From: Polymyxa betae A26-41
Taxonomy: Eukaryota > Protista > Endomyxa: Phytomyxea
Reading direction: 5' to 3'
Assembly (NCBI GenBank): GCA_003693705.1
Contig: RBZT01000656.1
Location: forward strand, 65,902 to 129,901
Length of the DNA stretch: 64,000 nucleotides
The translations under genes were made by a program, and so were the position numbers. Below are positions 1 through 14,515 of the stretch, piece after piece. Positions within the stretch are counted from its first letter, which is position 1. Every line of letters begins with the position of its first letter. The notes under the pieces are model-generated. The model saw only the letters and a list, made by a program, of their open reading frames with translations. It did not search any database and was not told the origin of the DNA.

Positions 1-511
1 ATAATTTCCCATTCTTTGAATTAGCCATTTTTCTGTTTGATCGAAGGTATGGATGTTCCTTTGTGTTGATACAACGTATTAACGAGCTGCTTTACAGAAG
101 GCTGCCATCAGGAATTCGACTTGAAGTCCTTCAATCAGTGAATCAGTCCTCAGTTTACTTAATGGTTCATAGCTGCTGTGTAGAATTAGGCACTGTGTTC
201 CGTCAATGCCTCTGTAATATTCAATCAGTCTTGAATCGATATTCTCTAACGGAAAGTCTACGATGTCTGCTTTACGGTTTACCAATACCACCATCGCGGT
301 TGGATCTTTCTGATGAAGACATTGTCATGGATTTCAGTCCTGGTATCACTGGGTTCTGGTCTGTTTCGTTCAAGTTATTTCTCTCCAGATTCTAAAGTTT
401 CTCCAGGTTTTTCCTGAAGACGCATCTAGATGCTCATTGATATGTCATCTACGCTACTGTGTATAAACATTGTTTAAATTATGACAAAAGTCGTTCATCT
501 TTGTTCTCCTG

Positions 512-3500
512 TCAGAGATCATGCCTCTGTCCAAGTTAAAAAAGTTCGCGACAAACCTAACAAATCGTACCTTTTTTTCTAATTTTAAAAACGTCAGCTA
601 TCCCTATCGCTTGCTGATGCTCATATAATGTCAAAGCATTATGCGGCAGTGGAAAAATCCATTTCTCACGCTGAACAATGTCAAGTAAAGCCTTCATAAT
701 AGGTGAATGTTTCAACGTCGAGACAGATCCAATTAGAATCAACTTCTGTTTCGCTCTGGATACGGCGACATTTACACGGCGCCAATCCTACATGGGAGAA
801 ATGAATTGAAGTACTCAACAGAGTATTTGACTGCAAACCTGAAGTAACTCGCCCACACGGCCTTGGTCGTTACTGCGAACAAACGACATGATAATGCAGT
901 TCTTATCTCGCCCTTGAAACTTATCGACTGACTCTATCTCCAACTGATTTGTCACTGCAGAAGCGAGCAAATGCCGAATTAACCGAATTTGCGATCTGTC
1001 TCGAAAGCTTGAAAAACAAAATAAGATTGATGGTATTTGAATTAATACCTGTAAGGAATGACGATTCCAATCTCACGTGGATTCATTCCAGCTTCGATGA
1101 AAGCGCAAACAAGATCGAATACAAGTTTGGCTTCAACATGGTTCTGCTCACCTCGAAGGGTGTCTAAGGCGGCAATGGGATCTGTATTAAGGAAGACAAC
1201 TGCTGGATCTGGATTTAACCCTAACTATAAAGCAGTAATCAAAAAAATAAAAAAGGGCTTTATCAAGAATGCTCTGCGTACCCTAATCCAATCCAATTCT
1301 GGATGTTTCTCGTGCTCTTTCTTCAACTTTGGATAGCGGCTACAGTTGAAACGTGCAAGCCGATTTTCAGCAACAGATATCGACCCACATTGCAAAGCAC
1401 TGCTGTAAATTAACTCATTACATAGAAGCAGGATTGGAGCGTTCATTCGATATTGATATGAAAGTTGACAGACCTGTGTAACGTCCTCAACACAGACACA
1501 CACGAAACTAGCATAATATACCGCATGAGGATGAGCTTCAGATAAGCGTAAAAACAAGCTGACATCCATGCCAGATCGTTTAGCAATGGGATCTTTGATT
1601 AGCGGAGGCAACTGGTAGTGATCCCCCACCAAGACAAATCGATCCCCCATCTGTAATGGCATCAACATAACAGACTGAGTTGCCTGCGAACCTGATTCAA
1701 ACTGAGCGCAACGAAACCGAGTCATTTCAAACCTACTTTCATCAGCGATGACAACATCGAATCGCTTTCCTCCCAACATGGAGGAGGTTACACCAAGGCA
1801 GGTTGAACCGACGATTTGCTCCTGCTGGCAAAATTCTTTAGCAGCTTGAAGACTTGGAAATCTCCGCTAAAAAGAATTACAATACTGAATCAAGTTTCGG
1901 CTACCATATTACTTCGGTAAATAAGTATCTCCTGAGACGGTGTGGAATCTTATCGCTAGATGAACCCCATCTTGTGAATGCAACGCCAACGTCATCCAGT
2001 TTCTCCAGAATGTTATCCAAAGATGTGTTCGTGTGACAGACAATCAGGACAGACAGACCCAGACTTGCCAGCAGACGTATCAAAAAAACTATCAATGTCG
2101 ATTTGCCTGTTCCAGGCATCCCTATTCCACATGCAATGAACAATAATTTCGAGACCCTGAAGACAACTTCACCTAGGATAAGAGTGTAATCCCTGGAAGC
2201 CATGATTCTGCAGATTGCATATCGTTGGTCGTCATTGAGATTGTTAAACACTTCCAATAAATTCCGGTTCATTTGCGAGGGATCCCAATCAACATCGAAC
2301 TCTGGCGATTTCTATAGACCTCAATTAAGTTCAGTCATTCACTGAACTTAAAATCTCCAAACCAGTTCAATAATCAGGCGTCGCATTCTTTGAATCTTCT
2401 GGTCTTCGTCGAAAAGCGACACTAAAGCTCCACGTAGCTTACCAGGTGCACTCATGAACTCATCTTTATCCAGCCGAAACAATGACGATTCGTACCGGGT
2501 TGTAATCGGTTTTGCAAAAATACAAACCGAAATAGAATGGGTATGGATTTCAGAGACAAAACCGATAGCAATCGCTACCTTAATCAATATCAACACAGGC
2601 CAGTGAATGAGAGCACGACCTACTTGGCCAGATTCGGTGCTAATCACAACCTTGTCGCCTTTTTCAAATGATAAATCTGTGAAGAATACGTCGCTTATAT
2701 GCGATTCGAATCGATAAATGTAGCGATCGTCGATTATCTGGACAGCAACACATCTGAGCAGGAAAAATGAAAAACCAATCCGTTAAAACCTTTTTGTCTT
2801 TAATAGCAACGTTGCCAATACAACGCCCATGAGTCTGCCTCACTTCCGATGTTTGAGTCCAGATTCCCTTCTGTAATTGCCTTGGCTCTCGAGCCTCCAG
2901 ATCAATCATCCGATTCCAGAAATCGAAAAATGGAAATGCTTCTTCAGGAACGTGATTCTGAGGAAGCTTAGAATTATTGAAGAACAATCATCGACGAAAC
3001 ATACAAGTTTGTCATCGATAGGCGAGTAGGAATCTTCGCCAAATGAATTCAGCTCATAGACTTTCCTGTACAAAGAACAAGCATTAGCCTGTTAGAAAAT
3101 TAGCACATCAGATTTTAAGGGACAAACGAATATCAACAAACCTGATAACATTTCAGACATTGGCGTTCATCTTCTGTCATTGCGGGGAGTGAGCCCGTAC
3201 GCCCGTGCATTTCACTGTTGGTTAAATATGCAGCTATGATGTTCCGCTTGATAAGTAATGCACGTAACTCATGTCGACCATTATTGACTCCTGTTCGATC
3301 GGATTCAATTCGAAAGCAATTTTCAAAATTTCACTATTACCATGCATGGCGACAGATTGTGGTGTGATGTACATCAGCAGTCCTTGGCCCGATGCCGTTT
3401 CATTGCCATAGCGTGTATTTGTAAGCAATGTATATAATGCTAACTGAGCATTGTCTGTAATATACGGCTTCCCAGTTTTCAGTTCTAGTGGCAGTATCGA

Positions 3501-4532
3501 ACTATCATTGGGAGCATTGGCATTCTTGATCGATCGATTCACTCGCAACGTAGCATCTATCTTTCCCTGCAAACCTATCAAATCTTCAAAATGCAATTGG
3601 AAAAAAGCAAGAGAAGATGTACCGAATTTCGGCGCCCAAATCATGTCCTCAATGTCAATAATGTCAGTTACGTGTGTCAAGTATGATTGACCAGAGAACA
3701 TGACGCTGTTTGACGCCTTGGGCTCAATGTAAGAATCGGCCCAAGATTGTAGTTGAGGCGTTAACGATGTCAGGTATTCGACAAAATCGGCTTCACTTTC
3801 CTGGAAAGACAGCCTAGTATCCCATATAAATTAGAATAACAAAATGTTGCCAGTGTTACAAGGCATGATATGATTTTTGCACAATGCGCTTGGCATTTTC
3901 AGCAATGAATTTGACCCCAAAATTAGAAGCTTTTAAACAGCGCTGGAAGAGTTCATGTGCCAGTATACCCTTCTGAGCATACACTGATACAGATCCATAC
4001 TAATGAGCTTCAACTTGGGGAGGAATAATAATTACGAGTGAGATTTACATTAGCCTTTTCACTCAGAACCGCTCGCCGCATGCAAGTCACGCTGGATCCA
4101 ACTCGAGTTCCAGTTATTAACCGGTCTGGGTGGACGATCAGCATGTTAGCGTTGTTGTCGACAGCAAAATTGCCATCAGACTCGGCCTGGGTATTTATCA
4201 TTTTAAAAGATAAACAAGAACAACGGGTCGGCAACCTTTCCAATAATATTAACATAATCGCCAACGTTAATTAAACATTCAGTCCAGTCCTCACGAACGA
4301 AGCATAAGCATTCAGTGTTTCGATCCCCATTAAACAATCTTAGAACCTAAAGGCAAGCATTTGTATGCGAAATGTCAAGGCACTGGTCTCTGGTTACTAG
4401 GTCGAATTCCTGTGGATATATCTCCAAAACCAGGAACCGATACGTGTCGTTGGCAGGATGACGCTCCGGATCGTTTAGCACCTGCAACAGAGCCTGCTCG
4501 AATCCTTCGTCGTCATCTGATATATAGACCAT
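512..4532 (-). CDS. DNA2: DNA replication ATP-dependent helicase/nuclease DNA2 (multi-exon)
   Basis: Exon peptides [35 protein letters not shown] and CLKCYQANAC (Fe-S cysteines); Walker [10 protein letters not shown]; [25 protein letters not shown]. Last exon (KRHDL*) inferred after a GT-AG intron. Confidence 0.95.
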
Positions 4533-5058
4533 TATAAGCAGAATGAAGGTCCCCGCATCTCTAACCTATCTCATGACACTATCAATCATCTTGAAAAGTT
4601 TTCATACATGACTGTCTTTGGCATTGCAATGTTACACACAATAGGTCGGCAACAGTTGGTGATTAATAGTGGGTTGCTGTGGACATGAGACGATTGGACC
4701 GTGAAGCCATTCATATTTCGGGGGGTCTGCAGCCAGCTGATGACAATAGATACGGTCCAGTCGAATAGCGAAAGCTTCCCTGTGCATCATGAGATTGTCT
4801 ATTTTCATAAACAAGTCTATCACGACGATTGAGCCAAACAGAACAAAAATTCCATTATAATTGCAAAGCTGGAGTTGCGGTCGCAAAATCGCGCTCGTGG
4901 ACAAATGGTTCACGGTTTGTTAAGTCACATCAAAATGGGTCATTGCTGGCAAGTTAATAACATAGAGTCGCGAGAATGTGAAAATCTTCAATCTAGAAGG
5001 GATTCGGAGAGGTTTTGCGTCGGAGGTCGGGGATCAAACGAGTGTTATTGCTATCAAG

Positions 5059-6156
5059 ATGACCTCGACTGTCGCTTTACATCCGCTAGTCCTATTGTCA
5101 ATCGGCGACCACAGCGCCAGATCCAAAGCGCAGAACACACCCGAGCGTCGTGCAGGGGTTTTGTTTGGCATCCAGGTCGGGCGGGATGTCGAAATCGTCG
5201 ACACGAGCCCGATGAATTTCGAAGACATGGCCGCGACTGAGATGGAGGTTGATCATGACGATTTACAGAGCTGTATTCAGCTTCGTAAGTTTCAGTTTCT
5301 GCATATTTAAGTGTTTAAGATCCGATCTTTTTCTAGATAAGGCTGTTTATTCGAATCATGAAGTTCTGGGGTAATTCATTTTTCTAAATTCCGAACCTGG
5401 TGTTAATGGTTTGCCAAAAAGATGGTATGCTTATGGAGATACGGCCAGCTTGCCAGAATTTAGTCGCAAAATTCAGCAAGAAATGGAGCAATATAACGAA
5501 TCCCCACTGTTTCTGTACTTTACAATCAGTAAAGTGCACTCTAACAGTCTGCCGGTCGCCATCTATACCTTCAGTCAACAAGATAAGAAATATGGCTTTA
5601 CGGCGGTCCCTTTTTCGATTTCTACTGAAGAGGTAACCTGGCCACAATAGCCACGACAACATTTTTTCACGTCATTCAGGCGGAAACCCTCACTGTCGAT
5701 TATTTATCGAACCAGCTTGTTACAGGAGGTGCAAATCCTCGTGAGTCGTCAAGAAGCACATTTTTCATTGCTTAGTGTTAACATAGTCGCACTTCATTTT
5801 CGGTCGCTGTCAAAAGCAGTGGCCATTATGGCGAGTCGTATTCGTCTTCTTCTTCAATATTTACAATCTGAGGATTCTGACGATCCAGAAATTCTTCGTT
5901 CGGTTAAGAATGTCTGCGATTCGCTTCCCTTGGCAGATTTATCATCCTTGTTTCAATCCGCATTCATCGGCGAATTCAGTGATTCCTTGCTAATTGCGGA
6001 GTGTGCCTCCATCACAAGAACCACAGAATCCGTCCAGGTAGCCTCAACAGCTATGTGCAAAACGCGTAACTGATATGATCCCAGCGATTTTTAGCGAAAT
6101 GTCGTATCGCCTACGATGATGGCTATGAGCAGCGTAAACGTCGAGCTTTTATATAA
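5059..6156 (+). CDS. CSN6: COP9 signalosome subunit 6 (MPN- domain)
   Basis: VALHPLVLLSIGDH, GVLFGIQVGRDVEI, LGWY, NESPLFL and STEEAETLTVDY match CSN6 motifs; GT-AG introns join the ORF pieces. Confidence 0.88.
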
Positions 6157-6557
6157 ATTAACCTATGCTTTCATATACGTTCAGCAAAGGGATTTAAGAA
6201 TGCATGCGTGTTACGTTTACATTGCAAATTAATGTACACAGCAGATTAACACATCTGCGAAACCTGGCCTGCTTCTCCAACAGTATAGGCCAGTACCTAT
6301 TTACAACGCCGCTGTTGGATTACCTGACAAAGTGGTGGTTGAGAGTCGAAAGTCGAAATCGATGTTGTCTCTGCCAATATGTTATGCGTCTGGGACTTTG
6401 TGGTAAGGTTAGCGACTGCATTTAAAAAATGCACTGAGATGTGAAAAATGTGGGGTTCCTCTAGCTGAGCAGGTCGGCTGCGATTACGAAAGAAGGAACT
6501 GCGTAGTGGAACATCCATCATATGGGGACAGAGCCTCATTGAATTCTCTCATAGTCA

Positions 6558-9500
6558 ATGTCTGCCGACCTCGACACAGCTCAGCTTCGAGCTGCTGTTC
6601 AGGACACATGGAATGGACAGTATACTGTTGATTATCTAAACCATGTCCTGGTTAAATTCCAGGACGCGCTTGTCGACCCGCTACGTCAACCGGTTGGCTT
6701 CGGTGTTATTCGGAAACTACAACTTGCTAATCAGAAGATCGTCAGGCACCAGATGCAGCTAGTCGTCAACAGATTCAATCTATGAGCGTCAAGCTTCCTG
6801 GAGAAGTCCAGGAAATTACTCTGCAGAATGACGTGGTTGCATGGGTTAGGATCTGGTTTAAATTTTCAGTAAAATCGCCAATCAGTCTGACGTTTGGTAG
6901 ATTCTGGATTTCACCGACGCTGTTGAGGTGAACGAGATTGAGATTCTGAGACTTCTTCTGCAAGCGTTCCGGATGGTATTCAGCTATCATGAATTTGCTG
7001 TGCACGATTGTTCCTCAAACGATAACTTAGAATATGGATGATCGAAGGCGCTGTGAAAGCGAAAGAGAGACCGCAATATCTTTATATTTTAGCCAGCGAC
7101 AAGATCTTCTGATCGCTTTGCTTGATATTGTCCAGATGGTGGAAAGAGATCATGAGTTCAGTCAAGAGCTCATTCGAATCACGCAATCATTCGTTGAACG
7201 TCTTAAAGAACGTGGTCTCGTACCGAACATAATCAATCGTCTGAGGGTTTGTTTTAAATCAAAATGATTAGTTGTTTGTGGTTCATTTCCTCCAGGCACT
7301 CTCTAAACTGAAACTGTCACTGTACACGCCGCATATTGACAACGAAATCCGATTGCTATCCCTAACCCTGTTTTATCTTGGGACCAGTTTGGGATTAGAT
7401 TCGAAGGCCTCAGCCGAGGTCACTTTTCCAAACACGGTTGCTTTGAGTGCTCTAACGGGTAATGAGGCTCGGTTTCCACCTCGGATCGTTCTAAAGTGAT
7501 GCTGCTCAGAGGAAATGTCTAACGCGATTCCCTCTGTTCGATTGCATCAAGATCATCAACAGGAAGTTTTGGCGCATTGCCACTCAATCACAACGGTCGG
7601 TGTCCTTGCGACAACAGAAATCAATAAGCTCATTTTATATATCCAGTCAATTTATATTATGTTTACAACCCTGACTAACGCAATGCTCGAATCGGGCGTC
7701 ACTTCGCTTCCCGCTTGGACCAACCCAAATCTGCATTCGCCCTTGGCGAATTCCCATAGAACGTTGATCACGCTTCTCAATTACGATCAGCAACTCGCTG
7801 AACAAGTTTGTAATTCAGGTTGTCTATTTGTTATCTTACAATGTTTTACGGTAACGATTTATCTCAGAGGAGTCCCAGCATTTGGTATTCCAAGGGTTTG
7901 CTGGCTTCGGTGCTTTCGTACAGCAGCTTCCTTCTTTGAATGAAGTTACTCGCGTGGACATATGCTCGATATTGAGCAAGTTCGTGATACATTTTTTCCG
8001 GCGCCATCTTTCGTCCATCCGGACTTGGAAAGATTCAAAAGGGACTTTTTCCTTACTGGGATTCCTCGTTGCAGATATCTGCAAGACGTCACCGGCTCAA
8101 GTTTCCTCATTCTGTCAGCCGTGCTTTAATCATTCTCGATTCATCTAAGTTTGTCTCAGGGCACTGCCAGAATCTCTCTACCCTATTGCATAGTCTCGAT
8201 CAAGAGACTCCCCCTGACAATCCAGGATTCTCTGCATATGTTGATTTGATCGTGGCATTATCTGATGGGCAGCATTGTATTCGCTCGGTACAATTTATCG
8301 GCAGTGCAAAAAACACCAACTGGCACCGGGTCTTCGATCTATTTCATAGGGCAGTGGCTCCTGCTCTCAAACACGATCAAACCCAGACCCTGCTTCCCTT
8401 AGACGTTAGGATTCTTTGCGATCTTGCCTGTTTAGTCCAGGTCATGGCTCGGTGCGGTTCGACCATCAGTTCTATGTAATGGTTTTTATCTATGATTATA
8501 TTTGGGCTTAATGTCCTATAGCTCGTTTCAGCAATTTCAAGTTTTAGAAACATTGTTTCAAATGTTGGCATGTGCTTTCCCAGTCAGACTGAAGGCTGAA
8601 TTGTTCAATACACTTAACTGCTGGGTTCAAGGTCGTCCAGCTGAAGCTGGGCAAGTCTGGGACAGATTGGAGGGAATGCAGGTTAGCTCAAGCTGTCCGT
8701 TAATTCCCATTGCTTTACTGAATGGAATCAGGTTTTCCCCACACTCCCAGAATCGTCGAATCTCCAATCTTGTGGGCTGTTACATGATCTTGAAGAGGTA
8801 ATTATGGGCGAACTGCACTGACGCTCGGGTTGACTTCAGTACAGATTGAAGCTCGAGATGGATCTTTTCCCTTGACAAGGTCCTTCATCTCATTATTGGA
8901 AACCTTGATAAGAGCAACCCCAAGGGTTGTTCTCGAGAAGATCGGCGCTCCCCTTCGCGCTCCTGGAATTTCTCCCTATCTGAACTTTGTCCGAACATAC
9001 GTTTTCTCAAAGATCAATGGCAGAACTTATTCTGGTTCTCACCGCAATTGCCTTCTGGAGTTTATCTGATTTTCAGTATCAGATGTTTCGGAGAAGTGGA
9101 AAGTTGCCACTACCGCATTGCGCTTGCTGATCCTGCTAACATCACCTGAAGACCCTGATCCAACCGGCATTGAGATTCTAGAGTCATTCGTTCGAAGCGG
9201 AAGTTGCGAGGTTCGTGCAATCATCGAACTGATTTTAACCAATCCCGACCCTGGTACATTGGAAGCTAGCCTGGATCTGATCCGTATTGTTTTGTATCAT
9301 GAGCCGTTTCTGGTGGACCACATTAGTCGTGCTAGTCAAGAATGTCTCCCTCTGTCTATCGTGCTACTTCGTCAACCTCAAACTGTTGCTGTTTTATGCC
9401 AGCTCGTTGGCAGCTCGTTTTCACTTTCCATCCAAGCTCACGCCGTAGAGATTGTATCCTATCTGGTTCGGCGTGATTCGACTTTGATTGTTCGGATGCT

Positions 9501-12500
9501 TTCATCACAGAATCTTGATAATATCGTACGTCGTCAATGGGCCTCACAGCTTTTGTTTGCTTCTTCCGATTATGAGAATCAACGTAAAGTCGCTCATGGA
9601 ATTATCAGTATTTTGAAAGAAACTTCCATGTGGCCGTCATTATCCCACCTTTTACTAGGATTCGATATCACTTCTTCGAACACCGATACGAAACTCGTGT
9701 TTGCATCTGATGGTTGCTTTTCTGCGGTTATTGATCTTGTCGACAAGCCTGGGTTAGCCTTTCCCTACTTCGATTCTCCTTATCTCAATGCTTTCAGGTT
9801 CCTTAATGCTTCTGCTGATGTCGCCGCTTTCGGTCTAAACCTTATTTGCTCTTTGTTGGAAGATCCGGTTACCAGCAGGCCGATTTTTGAATATATCAAT
9901 TTGCATCGTGATATGTTCTTTTGTAATTGTCTGGAACGCTTGCCGTTGCTGACACAAGGCATCGATTCTACTTTTCAACGAACTCACTACTTCCTTCAAG
10001 CGGCGTAAAAATCTGAATATTTTTGACTTATGCAAAGGGTAACACGAATGCAGGTGGCTTTTGAAATCCGTCGCTCTTGATCTTCATCTTCGTCGTGGTG
10101 ATCGTGTTCTTGACGAGAGCTGTGCTATTTCCTATCTGGGGTTACGCAATGGGACTTCGGCTTCCCCTTTGATATTGACAGTTCTTGATGCGCTCCGTCC
10201 TGAAATTGCCAGTGAACTTCCTGAATTTGGCGGTTTGGATCGGCAGTCATGTATCGCTCTTGGCAAAAATGTTCTGATGTCTTGCATTGACACCGAGCCG
10301 AACGTCTTCTCCAGGTACGTGGCCACTTTCAATGACCATTTTCTGACACCTTTTAGAGCACACAAATCGTCAGGGGAATTTTTTTGGAAGGTTCCCAAGC
10401 TTCGCTCCGCTGCATCGCGTGCTGGATTGAATACGGCTGCTGTTGAAAAATCTGCTCTTTCATTCAATGAAACCGTTCGTCTGTTGTCCTCTCTCCGTCT
10501 GAGCTCACAATCCTGGGCGCAGCTGATCGAGGTAATGTACTTTATCGAGTTTCAACGGCAAACGATATCAGTTCTGAAAAACTGTTACTGACTGTTCCCT
10601 CTATTCAGGTGTGGCTTCTTGAACGGGACCTATCAGAACTCAATCCTACACTCTTATTAGACCTTCTGATTGCTGTTCTTGGTAAAATTTCGGATCCTGC
10701 TTGGTCGCAATCTAGTTTATGTTTCGCAAATGCTGCTCTTTCGTTGATGGTCCACATTCGAGCCATTTCCACAAATTCGATTATTGCTGTTGATCATCGC
10801 ATTGTTCAAGGGATACTTTCTGGCATTGTTAATAATCAGAATCATCAAACCCGCGCTCAGCTTTGCGCTGCTTTCTATACGTAATGTTTCGATCTTGGCA
10901 AGACTCTCCGTTGATATTGTTTTGACAGCTACATGGATTTCATGTCGTCTGTGGAATATGAAAGAGACTGTGGTAGCCGTGGTAGTGAATGGGCGCTCGT
11001 TCAGGCTCTCTCTGACCTTAACCTTTCTCCCGCGAATCTGATTCAACGCATCTGCGATCATGCTTTATCAAATAGCGCTTCTATTCGAGCATTAGCTACG
11101 GCTTTCCTCTGTGCTTATCCACTCGAGCAGCTCATTCCATTGCTTGAACAAACATCACAGGTCTATGGCAGCTTTGTTTCTATGCCCCGACTTACTTTGC
11201 TGCAGCTAGTTCGGTTTGTTCAAGGGATTCATTCAAGTTCAGATCTGCATTCTGCAATATGTGCGGATCCTTTGAATTACCATCTGATTCTTTCTTTCGA
11301 ATCGCATTTCCTGTTCCTTCTCCATATATGTCAAACCGTCACTGGAGCTCGGGCTCTCGTTAGTGCTGACATACTCTCTCGTTTGGCTAGTTGCGAATTT
11401 TTCGATTTAAGGCCGCCAGAGATTTCACAGTCTCAATATGCAAATGGGCATCCAACGGCCATGCAAAAGTATTTGCAGGTGAGACTCCTTCTGATCCTGG
11501 TGTATTTCTCATTTGCATTATAGCTGACAACTCCCTATCTTCGTTTAATTGCCTCGATACTGACTGCGCTCCCTCATCGGCATGACGTCCATGAGAAGAT
11601 TGTTGACATTGTTTTGGTGCGTTACCTCAAGCCATTCAATGCCATTATTCAAAGCTCCAAGTCATTGCCTGAAAGTGTCGAAGGTTTAATCTATTTGATC
11701 CTGTTTTCATATTATTCAGTCGATGATAGCTTATCACGCAGCAACTGCAATTGTTCTTTGTTTAGCAACTGGTCCTGTACATTCTCGCTCGGAGATTGCT
11801 ACCATTGTACAATTCCTTCTTCAGCAGTTCCCAGTACAAGCTGTCGTTTTCAGGAATTCTACCAACGATGTCATTGTACTGCTAACTTCTCTAAATCCAT
11901 ACTCAAATATTTCAGATAGCAACCGAAGTATCTGATGACCGCGGACCACTCTCCTTTGCAAAAGAAATCACTCGGGATATGGTAATTCTCTGCTCATTTA
12001 TGGCCCAACGAAGGCTGCTTGTTTTCGATCCAAACATCGATCCCAAACTTGATCGTCAAGAAAACGTATGATGACAATTTGTGTTCGAGTCTGCTTACTT
12101 TACTAATGGGATTTTTACTTGCAGGATCTCATAGCGTCAGCAGCAGATGGCAAACTGCCTTTAGGAATTGTTGTGTACTACCTCATTCCTGGAGCGTTGA
12201 CACTATTGAGAACTTCAAGCTCGAAAAGATCCCAACTGGAGCAGTCGCTTGCAAATGCACAACGCCATGTGTCGGCAGAATCAGATGGTTTATATGAAGA
12301 TGATAGTAACGGTAGTGAAGTAACGTCAGTTGGCAAACATTCTCAAATCTGTTTAGCAATTCCTCGGAATCGATTAACTTCAGCCCTAAAATCTGCTCAA
12401 AACGAAGTTCAGCTGGCGATTGTTATGGTCCAGAACTGCTTGCAGCTTATATACTTATCCTTGCAGATTTTCTCATCAGCAACGCTCGAGTCCAAGCAAA

Positions 12501-12697
12501 TTCTGAATCATGTCGATCGCCTTCGAGAAATTGTCACCAAAGTCGATGCTGCTTTCGGGGCTGATTTCATGGATGATCTCATCGACAAGCAATTAAGCAA
12601 GATACGACAGGAGCTAGATCTGACGTATGGACAAAAGTCAAATCCTGTTGTATCTACTATTGCCCCTGCGATTCCTCTCGCTTTGGAATCTCGTTGA
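6558..12697 (+). CDS. NUP205: Nuclear pore complex protein Nup205/Nup192 (many exons)
   Basis: IEARDGSFPLTRSFISLL...GAPLRAPGISPYLNFVRTYVF...RTY...EKWKVA matches the conserved Nup205 segment; also LSHLLLGFD and WLLKSVALDLH; long helical protein spread over same-strand ORFs. Confidence 0.85.
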
Positions 12698-14105
12698 TTC
12701 CTCACTGTTAAATATAAATTCCGAATGCATTCATACGTGTTTTTATGTCCCCCGAGTTTGTCATCCCTCAGCTTACGAAATTCTGATTTGCGTTCTGTAC
12801 ATACTGGCCTTGCAGAATTTGTTAAACTTGGGTCTCAAAGCGTTGATTGTTACGCAGTAGGTACATCAGAACCCATCTGTGAGCAAACATTCTGCTGCGT
12901 TCTGTCCAGGCTAATATAGCACTTGGTTGGTGATGAGCCGCCGATATACAACCGGCTCGTTTGACAGCTGGAAATAAATGAAGCTCTGTTTCGATAGAGT
13001 ATTATAACCACGATTCAGTCTTTGTTTAGTGTTTACACATACTGTAAATAAAACAAGATTAGTACCTGCACCTCAATGGAGAACAAATCCGGAATGAAGC
13101 TGACCAGCATTTACCGACATTGATATCGAAGGGTTATAAAAGAAATCGCCGTTCTCAGCATTTATAAACACGATATGATCGTGGTTCGTCATCGCGCTCA
13201 TTGCGGTATTAAACAAGAACAAATCAAGGGCAATATATCTTTCGAGAACGGAGAAATTTGGTGGAAGATCAAGTTTTCATAAAAGCAAGATTGAATTTAA
13301 ATTGGTTTTTGATTGGAAGTGCAATGGTAGAGACAGAATATCAACTGCATTATTGATTATATTTGCAGAAGAGGAAAGAATGTGATAGAGATGGCTGAGC
13401 TCTGTCAGTTTAACATCGATAAAAACTTATTCCCGAGTCTTGAAACCATTTTCCATTCGGAAGCGATCCCTAGATAAGAAGGGACCATACATCACCCCGA
13501 ATTTGTCGATTCTATAAAGAACGTCCAAGAACTACGAAATGGTAGTTGACACTCGCCAGATGACTGAATTAAGAAAAGTTTCTACGGTCAGGTCCAGATG
13601 GCGTCACAAGATGGCCAGATCGGGTGTGTTCGAAATGTTCAAATGACGTTGAAACTCGAGATGGAATTCACAATTTCTGACCGAGACAAGATCTGACAAA
13701 CTTTCATACAGATCCGAGTCCATATTGGACCTAGAGATACGAATGCAATCAGAAGCAAACATTGAATCATGGAACTGTCTTCAACGATTAGTAGCCGAGC
13801 TCTGCAAGCTGCTTGGCCCCGATTTCCGATGCTTGCCGCAGAAAGCCGCTGGTTTCCCTTTCCGTGACCAGTGCGATAAAGCAACCTGAATATCTCTCTC
13901 TCTTGACCAGATTATCGGTTTCATTATTCATAAAAACGTACGACGACATTTCCAGTGTACGATTTGATAGCATCGGCTGCTAGACAGAAGATTGGCTCTG
14001 ATGGAAGCGGATGAGTTTTCCTATCTTCGTTTCATCTGTCGACTTTTGAGTCAACAAGGTCGCGTGTCCGCCAGGTCGTACTGCATTTTGGGAAACCATT
14101 CAAAC

Positions 14106-14405
14106 ATGGAACAGCCTAAGCAACCATTCTGTCAGGTAACCTTCTGCTGCTGTCTATCAGTCCTTACAATCATGAGTGCCATATTGGCCATTGTTATCGC
14201 TACCTATACGACCCTGGATATCACACTTCTGGTCGTATCCTGCGTCTTGATTGCAGTTAATATCAGCACGTTGAAAATCAAAGATTACAAGTGGAGATTC
14301 CTGGTGTTTGCTGCTAATATCTTCTGCCTGGGCATGTTCGCATATTATCTCTATAGACCTGAACCTGATGGAAGAAACAAAATATTTACCATATTTAACA
14401 ACTGA
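14106..14405 (+). CDS. Small hypothetical membrane protein (about 3 TM)
   Basis: ATG-initiated 99-aa part of ORF 13992..14405 with three hydrophobic segments; no family recognised. Confidence 0.45.
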   Translation: MEQPKQPFCQVTFCCCLSVLTIMSAILAIVIATYTTLDITLLVVSCVLIAVNISTLKIKDYKWRFLVFAANIFCLGMFAYYLYRPEPDGRNKIFTIFNN

Positions 14406-14515
14406 TACACAAATATTCCATTTGTGCTTTGCTTTTTTTTGCTCAAGCGATATCTGTATAGAGTGTTGATAGCGTGTCGTTGCTGTGAACATCGAGATGG
14501 TCATGTATTGATGAT

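Noticed and set aside
1-400. ORFs 63..395 (+) and 79..294 (-)
   Set aside because: No recognisable motifs; the strand and gene model cannot be decided at the window edge.
13120-13140. Alternative genetic code or selenocysteine readthrough at an in-frame TGA
   Set aside because: Conserved genes in the window end normally in TAA, TAG or TGA, and the interrupted frame has no established homology.
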